DNA from: the human T2T-CHM13v2.0 reference genome, Homo sapiens
Direction: 5' to 3' (one strand)
NCBI RefSeq assembly: GCF_009914755.1
Contig: NC_060942.1
Length of the DNA: 64,000 nucleotides
Each line of letters opens with the position of its first letter. Within the stretch, counting starts at the first letter, position 1. Position numbers and translations under genes: made by a program. Positions 32,201-45,372 of this stretch are shown piece after piece. The notes under the pieces are model-generated. The model searched no databases, was not told the DNA's origin, and saw only the letters and a list, made by a program, of their open reading frames with translations.

Positions 32201-33058
32201 TGTCTTTATTGTATCCCAGAGGTTGTCATAGGTTGTGTCACTATTATTGTTCAGTTCACAGAATTTTTAAATTTCCATTTTGTTTCATTGTTAACCCAGT
32301 GATCATTCAGGAGGTTATTTATTTCCCATGGTTTCGAAGGTTCCTTTTGGAGTCGATTTCCAGTTTTATTCCACTGTTCTGAGAGAACACTTGATATAAT
32401 TTCAGTTTTTTAAATTTATTGAGTTTCTTATGGCTTATCATAAGGTCTGTCTTGGAGAAAGTTCCATGCTCTGATGAATAGGATGTATATTCTACAGTTG
32501 TTGGGAAGAATGTTCTGTAAATATATGTTAAGTCCATTTGTTCTAGGGTACAGTATAAATCCATTATTTCTTTGTTGACTTTTTGTCTTGATGAACTGTC
32601 TCATGCTATCAGTAGAGTACAGAAGTCCCCCATTATTATTGTGTTGCTGTCTATCTCATTTCTTAGGTCTAGTAATTGTTTTATAAATTTGGAAGCTCCA
32701 GTGTTACATGCATCTATATTTAGCACTGTGATATTTTCATGTTGGACAGGGTTTTTATCATTATATAATGTCACTCTTTTTCTTTTTTAACTGCTATTGC
32801 CTTAAAGTTTGTTTTGTCTGATATAAGAATAGCTATTCCTGCTTGCTTTTGGTGACAATTTGCATGGAATTTTTTTTTCCACCCCTTTACCTTAAGTGTA
32901 TATGAGTCCTTATGTGTTACGTGAGTCTCTTGAGGGCAGCAGATACTTGGTTGCTGAATTCTTATCCATTCTGAAATTCTGTGTCTTTTAAGTGGAGTAT
33001 GTAGGCCATTTACGTTCAATGTGAGTATTGAGATGTGAGGTATTATTCCATTCATCAT
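29230..33058 (-). pseudogene. L1 ORF2 (endonuclease/RT) remnant, frameshifted
   Basis: MMNGIIPHISILTLNVNGL...QETH...AGIAILISDK; MDLTYIYRTF; [20 protein letters not shown]. The 3' boundary is approximate. Confidence 0.9.
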
Positions 33059-33294
33059 GCTATTTGTTGCCTGAATACCTTGTTTTTTAAATTTATTTAT
33101 TGTATTTCGGTTTTATAGGTCCTGTGAAATTTATGCTTTAAGGAGGTTCTGCTTTGATGTGTTTCCAGGATTTAGTTCAAGATTTAGGACTCCTTTTAGC
33201 AATTGTGTAGTGCTGGCTTGGTAGTTTTGGTTTCTCTCAGCATTTGTTTTTCTGGAAAAAAATGGTATCTTTTCTTCATTTGTGAAGCTTAGTT

Positions 33295-33925
33295 TCACTG
33301 GATACAAAATTCTTGGCTGATATATTTTTTTTTAAGGAGGCTGAAGATAGGGCCCCAATCCCTTCTAGCTTGTAGGGTTTCTGCTGAGAAATCTGATGTT
33401 AATTTGATAGGTTTTCCTTCATTGGTTACCCTGTACTTTTGCCTCACAGCTCTTAAGATTATTTCCTTCATCTTGACTTTAGATAACCAGATGACAATGT
33501 GCCTAGGTGATGATACTTTTGCCATGAGCTTCCCAGGTGTTCTTTGAGCTTCTAGTATTTGGATGTCTAGGTTTCTAGCAAGGCCAGAGAAGTTTTTCTC
33601 AATTATTCCCCCAAATTTGTTTTCCAAACTTTTAGATTTTCTTTCTTCCTCAGGAATGCCAATTATTCTTGGGTATAGTCCCAGACTTCTTGGAGTCTTT
33701 GTTCATTTTTTAAAATTGTTTTTTCTTTTTGTTGGATTGGGCTAATTCGAAAACCTTGTCTTCAAGCTCTGAAGTTCTTTCTTCTGCTTGTTCGATTCTA
33801 TTGCTGAGACTTTCTAGTATATTTTGCATTTCTCTAAGTGTGCCCTTTATTTCCTGAAGGTGTGATTTTTTTTTATTTATGCTATCTATTTCACTGAAGA
33901 TTTCTCCCCTCATATCTGGTGTCAT
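33295..33925 (-). pseudogene. L1 ORF1 remnant
   Basis: LESLSNRIEQAEERTSELEDK; EAQRTPG...SPRHIVI...DFSAETLQARRDWGPIF. Confidence 0.9.
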
Positions 33926-35689
33926 TTGTTTGTTTGTTTCCTTAAGTTGGACTTCACCTATCTTTGGTGCCCCCTTGATTAAATTAATAATTGACCTTCT
34001 GAATTCTTTTCCAGGTAATTCAGGGATTTATTCTTGGTTTGGATCCATTACTGGTGAGCTAGTGTGATTTTTTGGATCCATTGCTGGTGAACTAGTGTGA
34101 TCCATATTACCAGAATTGTTTTCCTGGTTCCTTCTCATTTGAGTAGGCTATGTCAGAGGGAAGATCTGGGGCTCAAGGTTGCTGCTCAGATTCTTTTTTC
34201 CCACAGAGTGCTCCCTTGATGTACTACTCTCCCCCTTTCCCTAGGGATGTGGCTTCCTGAGAGCCAAACTGTAGTGACTGTTATTTTTCTTTTTGATCTA
34301 GCTAACCATCAGTCCTACCTCGCTCTGAGCTGGTAAAGGGGTGTCTGCACAGAGTCCTGTGATGTGAACAGTCTTCAGGTCTCTCAGCCATGAATACTGG
34401 CACCTGCTCTGGTGGAGGTGGCAGGGAAGTGAAATGGACTCTTAGTTGGGTCGTTAGTTATAGTTCTTTAGTGCACTAGTTTTGTGCTGGTGTGCCTCTT
34501 GCCAGGAGGTGACACTTTCAAGAGAGCATCAGCTGTGGTAGTATAGGGAAGATCAGGCAGTGGGAGGGATCCTAGAACTCCCAAGATAATATGACCTTTG
34601 TCTTCAGCTACCAGGGTGGTAGGGAAAGACCATCAGGTGCAGTCAGGGTTAGGCATGTCTGAGCTCAGATTCTCCTTGGGTGGGGCTTGCTGTAGCTGCT
34701 GTGGGGGATGGGCATGTGGTTTCCAGGTCAATGGAGTTATGTTCCCAGAAGGATTGTGCCTGTCTCTGCTGTGTCATGTAGGTTGTCGGGGAAGTGGGGG
34801 AAAGCCAGCAGTTACAGGCTTCACTCAGCTCCCACGCAACCCAAAAGTCCAGTCTCATTCCCACCGTTCCCCCACAACAGCACGGAGTTTGTTTCCAGGC
34901 AGTGGGAGAGCAGGGCTGAAAACTTGCCCCAGGCTACCAGCTTCCCAGCTGAGAAAGCAAGCAGGGCTTTCAGGCCTCCCTATCTGTTGAGTCTGCACAC
35001 TGGATTCATGCCCTCCCCTGAGTTCTGGCCAGGAGACTTCGCATTCGGTTGGAATTGTTACAAAGTCCAGTTGGAGGTTTCCTTCCCCCTGTGGTCTTTT
35101 CCCAGTTCCTCTGGCAGCCCTCCCCAAGGACTCCAGAGATACAAGTCAGAAATGGCTTCCCTGGGGACCCAGAGAGTCCACAGGGCTTTTCCTGCTGTTT
35201 CCTCTACCACTGTATTTCACTCAGCTTTCTAAATTGACTCAGCTCCGGGTAAGATCATATCCTTCTCCTGTGATCTAGGCCTTCAGGTTCCCCAGTGAGG
35301 GTGTTTAGGGGCAGACGATCCGATCCCTCTTTCCCACTTTCACAGTTTGGGCACTCACAGTATTTGGGCCGTCTCCTGGGTCCTACAGGAGGAATCCACT
35401 TCCTTCAAAGGGTCTATGGATTCTCTCAGCTTTCCTGATGTATTCCTGTAGTAGCTCTTGGAGAAAAAGTTCACGATGTGAGTCTCCACACACTGCTCTG
35501 TCCTCCCAAGTGGGAGCTGCTATTTAATCCTGTCTCCTATCTGTCATTTTCCCCACCACTCATCTCTCTGTTATTACTTACAGCTGCATGCAAGTCTACA
35601 ATTACCTCAAAATAAAAAGGTTAATGTAAAAATAGATTACTCCAAATTATAAGAATATTTCCATTTCTTATATAGAAATCTAGGGAAGA

Positions 35690-36600
35690 AACATTTTTAA
35701 AATTCTGAAGGAAAACCTGCTAGAATCTAAAATAGTATGTTTGAACTCTCATTGAAATTTGAGGATAAAATGATGACATTCCCGATATAAAAGTACAAAG
35801 AAAGACTATTATTTATTCCCCTAATTGGATTAAAAACTCAATAACTTGATTTATTTTGGAAAAAATGAGAAAGGACTCCAAGAGAAAAAAGCGTAACATA
35901 GGAGAAATAATATAAAAATACATCACAATAGCAATTGCAGCCAGAATTATTATCGCAACTGTTAAGAAAGTATTCCTTTGAAAAAAGACATTAGTTTAAA
36001 ATCCTAGATAGTCTTTGATTTGATACCAACTGTGGTATGTTTAAATAAATTTTTTAAACATCTCCTAAAATAATTGGAATAGGATGGAGAGCATCCAGAT
36101 CACCAGAGGAATCAAAAAGAGGGAATTCTAATAATGGAGCAAAAAGCTGAAATGAAAGGAAAGACATTAAACACGAGAAAGTCTTACAAACAGAAAATAT
36201 CAGGTAAGTATCAATAATAAGAGCAATGATGATTGGCACTAATTTAATAAATGTAAGTATCAAATTATCTCAAATAACATTGACTTGTCAAACAGGGTTA
36301 AAATACTAAAATAAAAAAGCATTCTCTGCACAAGTATACATCAAATCAGAAGAATATGGTAAGGCTGAAAATAATGAAATTGACACAGGAAAATAGAAAG
36401 AACTAAAAACAAAATGAACACTTTACCAAAGAAGAAATAGAATGGCTAATTAGCATAATAAGTGACATCTAACCTCTTTTGCAAAATCAAAGGAGATTTA
36501 CCTTTCTCTCATTACATTACAATTTTTAAAAATAATATGAAAATGAAAATGTGGGGGAAACTAGATCCCTAATAAATTGGTACAAAATAAAATATAAAGA
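35690..36600 (+). mobile_element. Very old L1M fragments (ORF1 C-terminus / ORF2 start)
   Basis: tttaaaattctgaaggaaaa...tgaggataaaatgatgacatt; aaggctgaaaataatgaaattg. Confidence 0.4.
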
Positions 36601-39513
36601 GTTTGTGTGTATACCATATGTACTTATAATTCACATTAGCATATAAAAGTGACTATGCAATTTATAGTTTAAAAAAAGTGTTTGTGATACTTTTTCCTTT
36701 CTTGACTTGTTTGACCACAGGCCCTTTTGTGAAGTAAGATACGTTAATATCCTATAAAACAATTATATACATGCTGTTTTAATCAATGAATTAGTTAAGA
36801 AATGTGGCTCCATGGGTCTGCCTATACCAGAACAAGTGCCTACTAAGAAGGAATAATAAAAACAAGTCATTTGAAAGAGGGCAAAAGCTTTGTATATAAA
36901 GATTCATAGCTCCTGAAACATAATTAGCTTGTCTTTCAGCTGTTTCCCTTGTATCAAAATTCAGCCCTTATTATTTTCAATAATATATAAATTAAGATGC
37001 TATGAGATTACATAAGGTAATATATTAGAATTAATTCATATGAAGTTCCCAGTTTCTCTTAAAACCATTGTCATTGGGTTTCCAAATATGAAAATGATGT
37101 GCTCAGTTGCCTTTTAGGATAAGCCCTGATATTTGCTATTTTTACAGGAAAGTAGTGGAAATATTTATGTCAGCATTTTAGTTGCCAACTCTCACAGAAA
37201 AATAGCTTCTATTTCTGTGTTATTAACCATATTACATTGGAATGTTTAAAAACTCCTAACTTCTAACTAAGAATTTGTGAATAATAGTAGAAACTGACTT
37301 TTAGGTGAAACAATTTTGGAGTTATTTACTAGTTTGATCACAGAATAAATATGCTGTTACAAGATATGTCAGCAGGAGGTGAATTGGCAATGGCCATTTC
37401 ATGCCTAATAACAATGCCATTTTGAGCTTATCTGCAGAAATAGGGTAATATGTAAATTTTACTGTTTCAGAGAGCTGATCTCATCTAAATGCAGAAAACC
37501 CTAGTCGTATACCTTGTCTCTTTTTCTAAACTTTAATCAATGTGTTTCAATTCTCCAGACAGAGCTGACTGATTCAGCGGACCTGATTTATACCTTTACC
37601 TCTCCTTAGGATGTTTGGGTGGCAATTCAATGGGGGAACTGGGGAGAGTCTGTGCTATTATATCATGATTAAAAACCGTGCAATTTGTCAACAGTTTCTT
37701 CTCACCTCCAAACACAGATACCGTACTCCTACACACAAAACTCTGTTTCACCACAATCCCCAACACAAAATCGCTTCTCAACTTTTTATGGACAGCCTAC
37801 TGGGTGCTTTCCGGTGATTTTTTTTTTTCAACACTTGCCCCTTGATTTTCATTTTACCAGTTTCCACTTAGCTAACATATGGGGTAATGGGAAGGAAGCA
37901 CACAGTGGGGTTTGTAACAGAATCTGCTTTAGAAATGGCCTCATTTACCCTGCACTCTTGAATTTAATTGGCTCAGTGGATGCTCGATTCCATAATTCTA
38001 AAATATTTGACTCATTAGTCTATGCCCCCAGAACTATATAGAATCCTTTCTATTTTAAGTATGGTATCCAATTTTGAGCAGTGGGGGCTCCAGAATTTCT
38101 ACTATGAAGAGGACTAGGGGACATAATCTGGTTAGGAGGAATGGGTCAGACAGATGAAATAGCTGGAATTTACCTGGACTTTTTTATTTTCATAACAACA
38201 CACTCATTTAAGAGTGGGGATTGAAACTGTGGTAGCCTTTTTTGGGCACCAAGAAGTAAGGAAACCTTCTTACTTCTGCAATTCGTCGTGCACCTGGCAT
38301 TGTTTACTTTTCTGACCTGAGGTTCAGTTCACAGTTGTTAGGCGCCCATATTTCTGTCTTAGGATGTGGTCATCCTATAGTTCCTTACACAGAATTGAAA
38401 GCTGGACCCAGCTAATTCTGCTGGCCTGTTGAGTTCCCAAGACCCTCTTCCACTGTACTATCTTTAGTTCTTTCATAAAGATGCACAGAACAGTATAAAA
38501 ACTCTTTATTTTTTTCAACCCTGAAGATAGTATCATCCTTCCTTTTTCATCATTCTTTCTTCTTCATGATCCTCTCTTCTGTTGACCTGATGATGCTTGT
38601 TTGTCTTGTGTTTCATTCTTGAACAGAGTCGATGAAAGCAGAGTATTGTGAAGAGAAAGAAGAGGAAAGCAGTTGTCTTTCTCATTTCTTTTTTCATATT
38701 TCCTTTTTATTTGCAATAGAATGATCTATTCCGGTTGCAGAGCCCAGGAGGAGTGGATAAGCAGGGGCCATCTCGAGTTTGCTTATTGCCCATAATGAAT
38801 TTCCAGTCTCAAATGGAGGTTCTTGCCCTTTGGTCAACAAGCTTTGGCTTCACATTTTTCCTCTGACTCTGTCTACCCTTTAAAAGGATCTGTGCAAAGC
38901 TACCATTTGATTTAAGAAATACTGCTCAGCATGGCTTACAGATAATAAACTTTACTAGGGAACCCAGGGGGTTGATCTTTCCCTGGAAACCTGCTCTTTA
39001 AAAGTTTTGCAGTGTTTTGTTGGAGAGCCATAGAGTTTGTACTTGTTCCTCTAGATACAATCTTTCTCTAAATAACCACCCAATAATGTGTGGTTAGAGA
39101 TGAGTGACAGGATGTAATGAGAACATTTGTTTGCTCCACCACTGGCTTTTTTTCCTAAGGAAGAAATATAAAACTAAATAATTCATGTAACATGACTGAC
39201 TCCCACACTATTGATTATAGTCATTATCATCAATTTGCTGCCCCACCAGCCATCCTACCGGTATTACTTACAGATTGTGGTATTATTTGCTGCTAGGATT
39301 CTATTTTTTAAAGTAAGTATAAACAACACAAGAAAAATTTTAGCACCTCAGAGAGTCACTCTCCTCTTGAAAGTCACATAAGCTGCATCTCATTTTTAAT
39401 TAATCAGATGCCAAAAGTTGATGCTAAAATTTCAAACAGGATCAAAATGAGTGGTAAATAAGACTGAAGTAATTGCACAGAGGAAGAGAAGAAGGTTATC
39501 AGAATAAATTTCC

Positions 39514-39808
39514 TTTTTTTTTTTTTTTTGTTTGAGACAGGGTCTCGCTTTGTCACCCAGGCTGGAGTGCAATGATGTGATCGCAACTCACTTCAGCCTT
39601 GACTTCCCAGAATAAAGCGATCCTCCAGCCTTCTGAGTAGCTGGGACCACAGGGACACACCACCAGGCCTGACTTTTTTTTTTTTTTTTTGAAAGGCAAG
39701 GTCTTCCTATGTTGCCCAGACCGTGTCAAACTCCTGGGCTCGAGCTCTCCTCCCAATTCGGCCTCCCCATGTGTTGGGGTTACAGTCGTGAGCCACTGCA
39801 CACAGCCA
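39514..39808 (-). mobile_element. AluJ
   Basis: gagacagggtctcgctttgtcacccagg...cagccttgac...; TSD agaat(a/g)aatttc. Confidence 0.92.
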
Positions 39809-40595
39809 GAATGAATTTCTTCATGATTTAAGACCAATGCCAGAGGAATCAAATTTGATCATTTTTATTTGAAAAATATAAATTAAATTATATATTTGTT
39901 AATTATAAGATAATAACAATCTGTTTTATTATAAGGCCAGACTTCTAGATTTAGGGAAAAAAAGGCAAGCTCTAAAAATTACTTATTTATTAGCAATTAG
40001 ATCTTTAGTTTAATATTTTGATATTACATTGAAGAGTTTTCTTTTCCTCTTCAGAAGGCTGAGGTAATTATATCTATCCAATTTAAGTAGGTAGTATAAT
40101 AAAAAGCTATGCAATGTGACAATGTACCAATCTGCCAGAAAGTATAACTAGAAAAAATGTTCTTATATAATACAGCAAAAAGATCCTCTAAAATACAAAC
40201 AAAAGGAGTACCAGTGAGTCCCTCCTACTTTAAAAAAATGTTTTGTTTTAATATGCTGTCTACTCTAAGTTACAGAAATAATCAGAATATGCATAATTTA
40301 TAATTTCTGATTTTCTTAGAGCTGAGTACATGGTTTATAAATGTAAGCTTCTCACAATGTATTCTAATATTTGTGACAAGTTATTTTCTTACCCACAAAA
40401 TTATCACTAAGGTACGATTTCAGCAATCTCAACTGAAGATGATTTAGGAATTTAAAGAGATCACAAAACCATCACCTCAACAAGAACAACAAACCCAAGG
40501 TGTTATTTATTCCCAGCTCTTGCCCTGAGGGTGATCAGGTTAGGGTAGTAGTACTGGCTTCTGTGCTTCCACGGCTGAAGAATTGTCTTATAGTC

Positions 40596-40979
40596 TGCTA
40601 TGGTTTAAATGTGTCTGCCCTAAAGCATGTGTTAGAAACTTAATCCCTACTGCAACAGTGTTGGGAGGTGGGAACTAATGAAAAGTGATTAGGCTCATGA
40701 GGGCTCCGCCCTCACCAGTGGATTAATACTATTACCTTGGGAGTTGGTTGATTTCAGGAGTTGGTTAGTTATGAATGGATGAGTTTGGCCCCCTTGTATC
40801 TCTTGCTCTCTCTTTGCCCTTCTGCCATGGGATGACACTGCAAGCAGACACTTGTCAAATGCCAGACCCTCAATTGTGGATTTCCCAGCCCCCTGAACTG
40901 TAAAAAATAAACTTCTGTTCATGATAAATTACCCAGTCTCAGGTGTTTTGTTATAAGAAGCACAAAACAAACTGAGACA
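40596..40979 (+). mobile_element. MSTC/D-like MaLR solo LTR
   Basis: tgctatggtttaaatgtgtc...ttacccagtctcagg...aaactgagaca; TSD tagtc/cagtc. Confidence 0.9.
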
Positions 40980-41111
40980 CAGTCTTAACACATTCCATAA
41001 TAATTTTCCATTTATACATTTGTCATCCCCCTCAAGACTGAGAGGGGCCTATGATGTCTAAATTTTTTTTATTATTTTCGTTACCAAGCATAGTATTCAA
41101 TGTATAGCAGA

Positions 41112-41483
41112 AGATACCATTTGGCTGTGTCCGCACCCAAATCTCATCTTGAATTTTAGTTCCCATGATTCCCATGTGTCGTGGGAGGGACCTGGTGGGA
41201 GGTAATTGAATCACGGGGACGGTTACCTCCATGCTGTTCTCATGATGGTGTGTTCTCACAAGATCTGATGGTTTTATAAGGGGCATTTCCCCCACTTCAC
41301 TCTGCACTTCTTTCTGCCACCCTGTGAAGAAGGTGCCTTTCTTCCCCTTCGCCTTCCACCACAATTATAAGTTTCCTGAGGCTTCCCCAGCCATGTGGAA
41401 CTGTGAGTCAATTAAACCTCTTTCCTTTATAAATGACCCAGTCTCGGGTATTTCCTTATAGCAATGTGATAACAGACTAATAC
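41112..41483 (+). mobile_element. THE1D-like solo LTR
   Basis: tttggctgtgtccgcacccaaatctcatcttgaa...ggtaattgaatcac...cagactaataca. Confidence 0.92.
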
Positions 41484-42779
41484 ACTGGACAATGAGTAAA
41501 TCCTAATTAAATTGAATACAATTAAAACTGCCCACCTTCTATGATATAGACTTTTTAAATAAAATAACTGAAATAGTTTATCTGTTACCTTTCTGTGCAT
41601 TATCATAGGCATAGCCAAAAACACAGACTGTGCACTGGCTCTTCATATTACACTGGTTCATTCTGAATTCTGCTACTGAAATCCAGTTACTTCTACCTTA
41701 GAGAACAAAATACATTCTGAATTACTTAACAAATTACATTTTGCCCACCTGGCAAGCTTCGCCCCATTACTTAGCATTTGTACAGCATTTTTGATTTGCT
41801 AATACTTTAAAATAATTTTTATTCTCTTGGCTATCATACTTTCTGCTGAGTAACCATATTTCAAAGTACTGTATTGCCTTCTGATTGCCTCTTTACATCA
41901 CTAAGGAGGAGAAATGAGGATGTAGTGGGATATCCTTGCACAGTATTAGTTTGAGAGTTTTATTCAGAGTTTTAATGTTTCAACTAAGTGGAAAACTTTG
42001 GAATAAATGGTCTCCTGTGAAGTAAATAACCATTACTTTCCTGAAATTTAGATTTATTATTACTCTTGCGAAACTAATGAGACTTCTCCAGGGTACTCAA
42101 CTTTCTAAAGCTAACTTTTTGCTGAATCAGACATGTCAATAAGTCACTGATCTATGGATAACTTTTTAGGTTCCGTGCCATTTTTTTCTCTTATTTTATA
42201 TCACATTATGGACTCTGGGTCTCTTGAGATGATTATATTTCATCTTTAACTAAAACAACAACAACAACAAAACAAAACAAAACAAAAAACCTAGGTGTAT
42301 AGAGTCTATGTTTGGATTTTGTTGGGTTCTCTATAAGTACAATATTTCAGAAATACAGCAGCTGTGAATCACAATGCCTTTAGCATTTTTTAGCGTCATT
42401 TGCTTATATATACTCAGATAACATACTAATATATCTCAAGAATTCAGAAGCAGTAAATGACACAATATTAGAAACTGAAAATGCAAACCAACAACCAGTA
42501 CAAATTGCTGTTTGTACAATACAACATTATTCACCATTATGCTCAATCATAAACCCCTCAGGCTGTGCAGAGTATTTTACTTATTAGAAGCAACACATTG
42601 ATTCATAACCTGCCTCAATTCTATTCTCTTGTCTTCATTTTTTTCCTCTTACCAATGCTCATTTAAATCCCTAAAATCATTTAATATTCAATACAAGAAC
42701 TACTCACTTCAGGAAACTACCACAAGGATTGTAACCCCACAGATGTTTCCAGGAGTGTGGGGAAAAAAAAAAAGCTACA

Positions 42780-42985
42780 ATAAGATTTGGGTTTGAGTCC
42801 TGGCTTAACTGTTTCCTACTACTGTAGTAGGAGTAGGCACATCATTTATTTCACTTAACCTCAGTTTCTGCATTTGTAAAAGTACATAAAAATTGTACCT
42901 ATTTCTCAAGTTTACAATTATCCTAACAAAATAATTCAAGAAAAAGAAACATCGAAAGTTATAACATGTGAACTGTTTTTAAATG
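42780..42985 (+). mobile_element. MIR
   Basis: tgggtttgagtcctggct...cacttaacctcagtttctgcatttgtaaaa. Confidence 0.65.
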
Positions 42986-44024
42986 TCCACATGCTACTTC
43001 TGCACTTGGAGTCTATATGTATCACCCAGCAGTTAAGTAACATGTTGTATGCTGTTTTTCTTAATTCCTGGAATAGACTGCAGTCTTGGTGAAGCTGAAA
43101 CACGTGTACAGCAATTTTATTGTGTTCTGCATGGTGTAGTACTATTCTAGTCATATGCCGGAGCAAATAATATTTAATTATAGATAGACTTGTTTTTTTT
43201 TTTTCTCTTATTCATTCATCTAGATTAACAAATGAATTGAACTTGACGAATCTCATTTGTCATTTCATTGTCTCTTTTCTTCAAAAATGATAAGACATTC
43301 ATGTTATTTGTTGAAGAGAGTTTCTTTTTGGAACAAAATACTAGAGGAGGTAAACAAACAAAATGACCATACCTTTTTATGATGGAAATTAAGTAGTGCT
43401 TTAGAATAAAAATCATTGAAGGGAAAATCAGTGAGAAAAACTGCAACTGGGTAGGAGTTTAGCCAAGAAAGAAAATAGGAAAATTTGTAAATGTCCTGCC
43501 CAAGACAATTTCAAGTTCCTGCTACACTGAGATGGATTGGGAAGCTGTAGAAAAACTATGGGCTTTGGTGACCATCACATCACATTCTTGCTTTGAGACC
43601 TTGGCATAAACTCTCTGATTACAAGTTTTCTCACCTATTAAAATAGGGCATAATAACCTCAACAGAGCATAAGAGTAAAGAACAATTTTAGCAGTAATTA
43701 ATCTTATCAAACAGCAAGCTCTCTGGTTGATTCTTTAACTTTGGTGAATCTCCTCTAAAACATTCCATAGTTTTAGAAAGAGTGAACTAGAGTGAACACT
43801 TTGGAGTAGGTAATTAACTGACATAATTAAGCCGATATCCAGGGTCTTGGCTTTTCCATCATGATTAAATGAAAACCAAATCTTTATCTCCTACTTATGT
43901 GGCACTTCATAAAAAAAAAAAAAAAAGAAAAAGAAACAGTTTCCTAATACTAAATAAACCATGCAGCCATCTGTGAAAATTTCATGTAATAAAAAATTTT
44001 AAATTTCTATAAAACTATTATTAG

Positions 44025-45372
44025 GTTAGATACTTAATAAAAATTAATTCAAAATAGGTCATAGACCTAAATGTAAAATGCAAAGCTATAAAACTCCTAA
44101 AAGATAACATAGGATAAATTCTAGATGACCTTAGATTTTGCAACGACTTTTTAGAATATGACACCAAAGGCAGGCACAATCCATGAAAGAAAGAATTGAT
44201 AAATTGGACTTTATTAAATTTTAAAACTTCTGCTCTTCCAAAGTCTCTGTCAAGAGACTGGCAAAACAAGCTGCAGACTGGGAGAAAATATTTTCAAAAT
44301 ACAACACATGGTAAAGAACTGGTATCCAAAATATACAAAGAACTCTTAAAAAGCTCAATAATAAGAAAACAAAAACCCTGATTTAAAAATGGACAAAAGA
44401 TCTGAACACTCACCAAAAAAAAAAAAAAAATACAGATGGCAAATAAGCATAAGACAACATGCTCCCCATCCTATGTCATCAGGGAACCACAAATTATAAC
44501 CACAATGAGACATCAGCACTCACCTGTTAGAAGATAGAATCCAGAACACTGACACCACCCAATACTGGGGAGGATGTGGAAAAACAGGAACTCTCATTCA
44601 TTGCTGGTGGGAATGCAAAATGGTACAGAAAATTTGGAACACAGTTTGGCAGCTTCCTTCAAAATGTAACATATTCTCATCATATGACACAACCATCATA
44701 CTCTTTGGTATTTACACACATGAGTTGAAAACATACATACACCTGCTCATTAAGGTCCACAGCAGCTTTATTCATAATTTCCAAAATTTGGAAGCAACGA
44801 AGATGTCCTTCAAGAAGTGCATGGATAAATAAACTGCAGTACATTTAAAATATTATTCAGGACTAAAAAGAAAAGAGCTATCAATGCCTTGAAAAGGCCT
44901 GAAGGAAATTGAAATACACATTAATAAGTAAAAGAAGCCAGTCAGAAAAGGATACATACTGCGTGGTTTCATCTACATAACATTCTGGAAAGAACAAAAC
45001 TATGGAGACAGTAAAAAGACAGTGGTTACTAGGGGATGAGGGGAAGAGAAACAGGATTAGATGGAGCACAGGAGATTTTAGGATAGGGAGACTATTCTGC
45101 ATGTTCCTACAATGACAGATACAGAACATTATACATTTGTCCAAACTCAAAAAATATACAACACAAAGAGTGGACCCTAATGTACAGTATGGACTTTGGG
45201 TCGTAATGTGTCATTGTAGGTTTACCGAGTAGAATGCTTGCACCTATCTGGTGGGGGATGTAGATAGGGAGGGCGAAGGCAGGGGGTATATGGGAACTCT
45301 TTGTACTTAATTGATTGATTTTGCTACAAACCTGAAACTGTTCTAAAAAATAAAGTTTATTTTTTAAAAAAA
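44025..45372 (+). mobile_element. L1MC1-like 3' portion
   Basis: catagacctaaatgtaaaatgcaaagctataaaactcc...gatggagcacaggagattttagg...tatatgggaactct...aaataaagtttat. Confidence 0.88.

Larger units (their letters stand above)
28986..35560 (-). mobile_element. Full-length (~6.6 kb) L1PB1-like LINE, inactivated
   Basis: L1PB 3' end (tacatgagtaagttctttagttgtgatttgtgagat); ORF2 and ORF1 fragments in the ORF track; L1PB-type GC-richer 5'UTR ending gggagctgc...cctatctgtcattttcc. Confidence 0.93.

Noticed and set aside
37611-37817. FGWQFNGGTGE as a PDZ GLGF-like exon belonging to the RING pseudogene
   Set aside because: Similarity is limited to a few residues and no downstream PDZ pattern follows.
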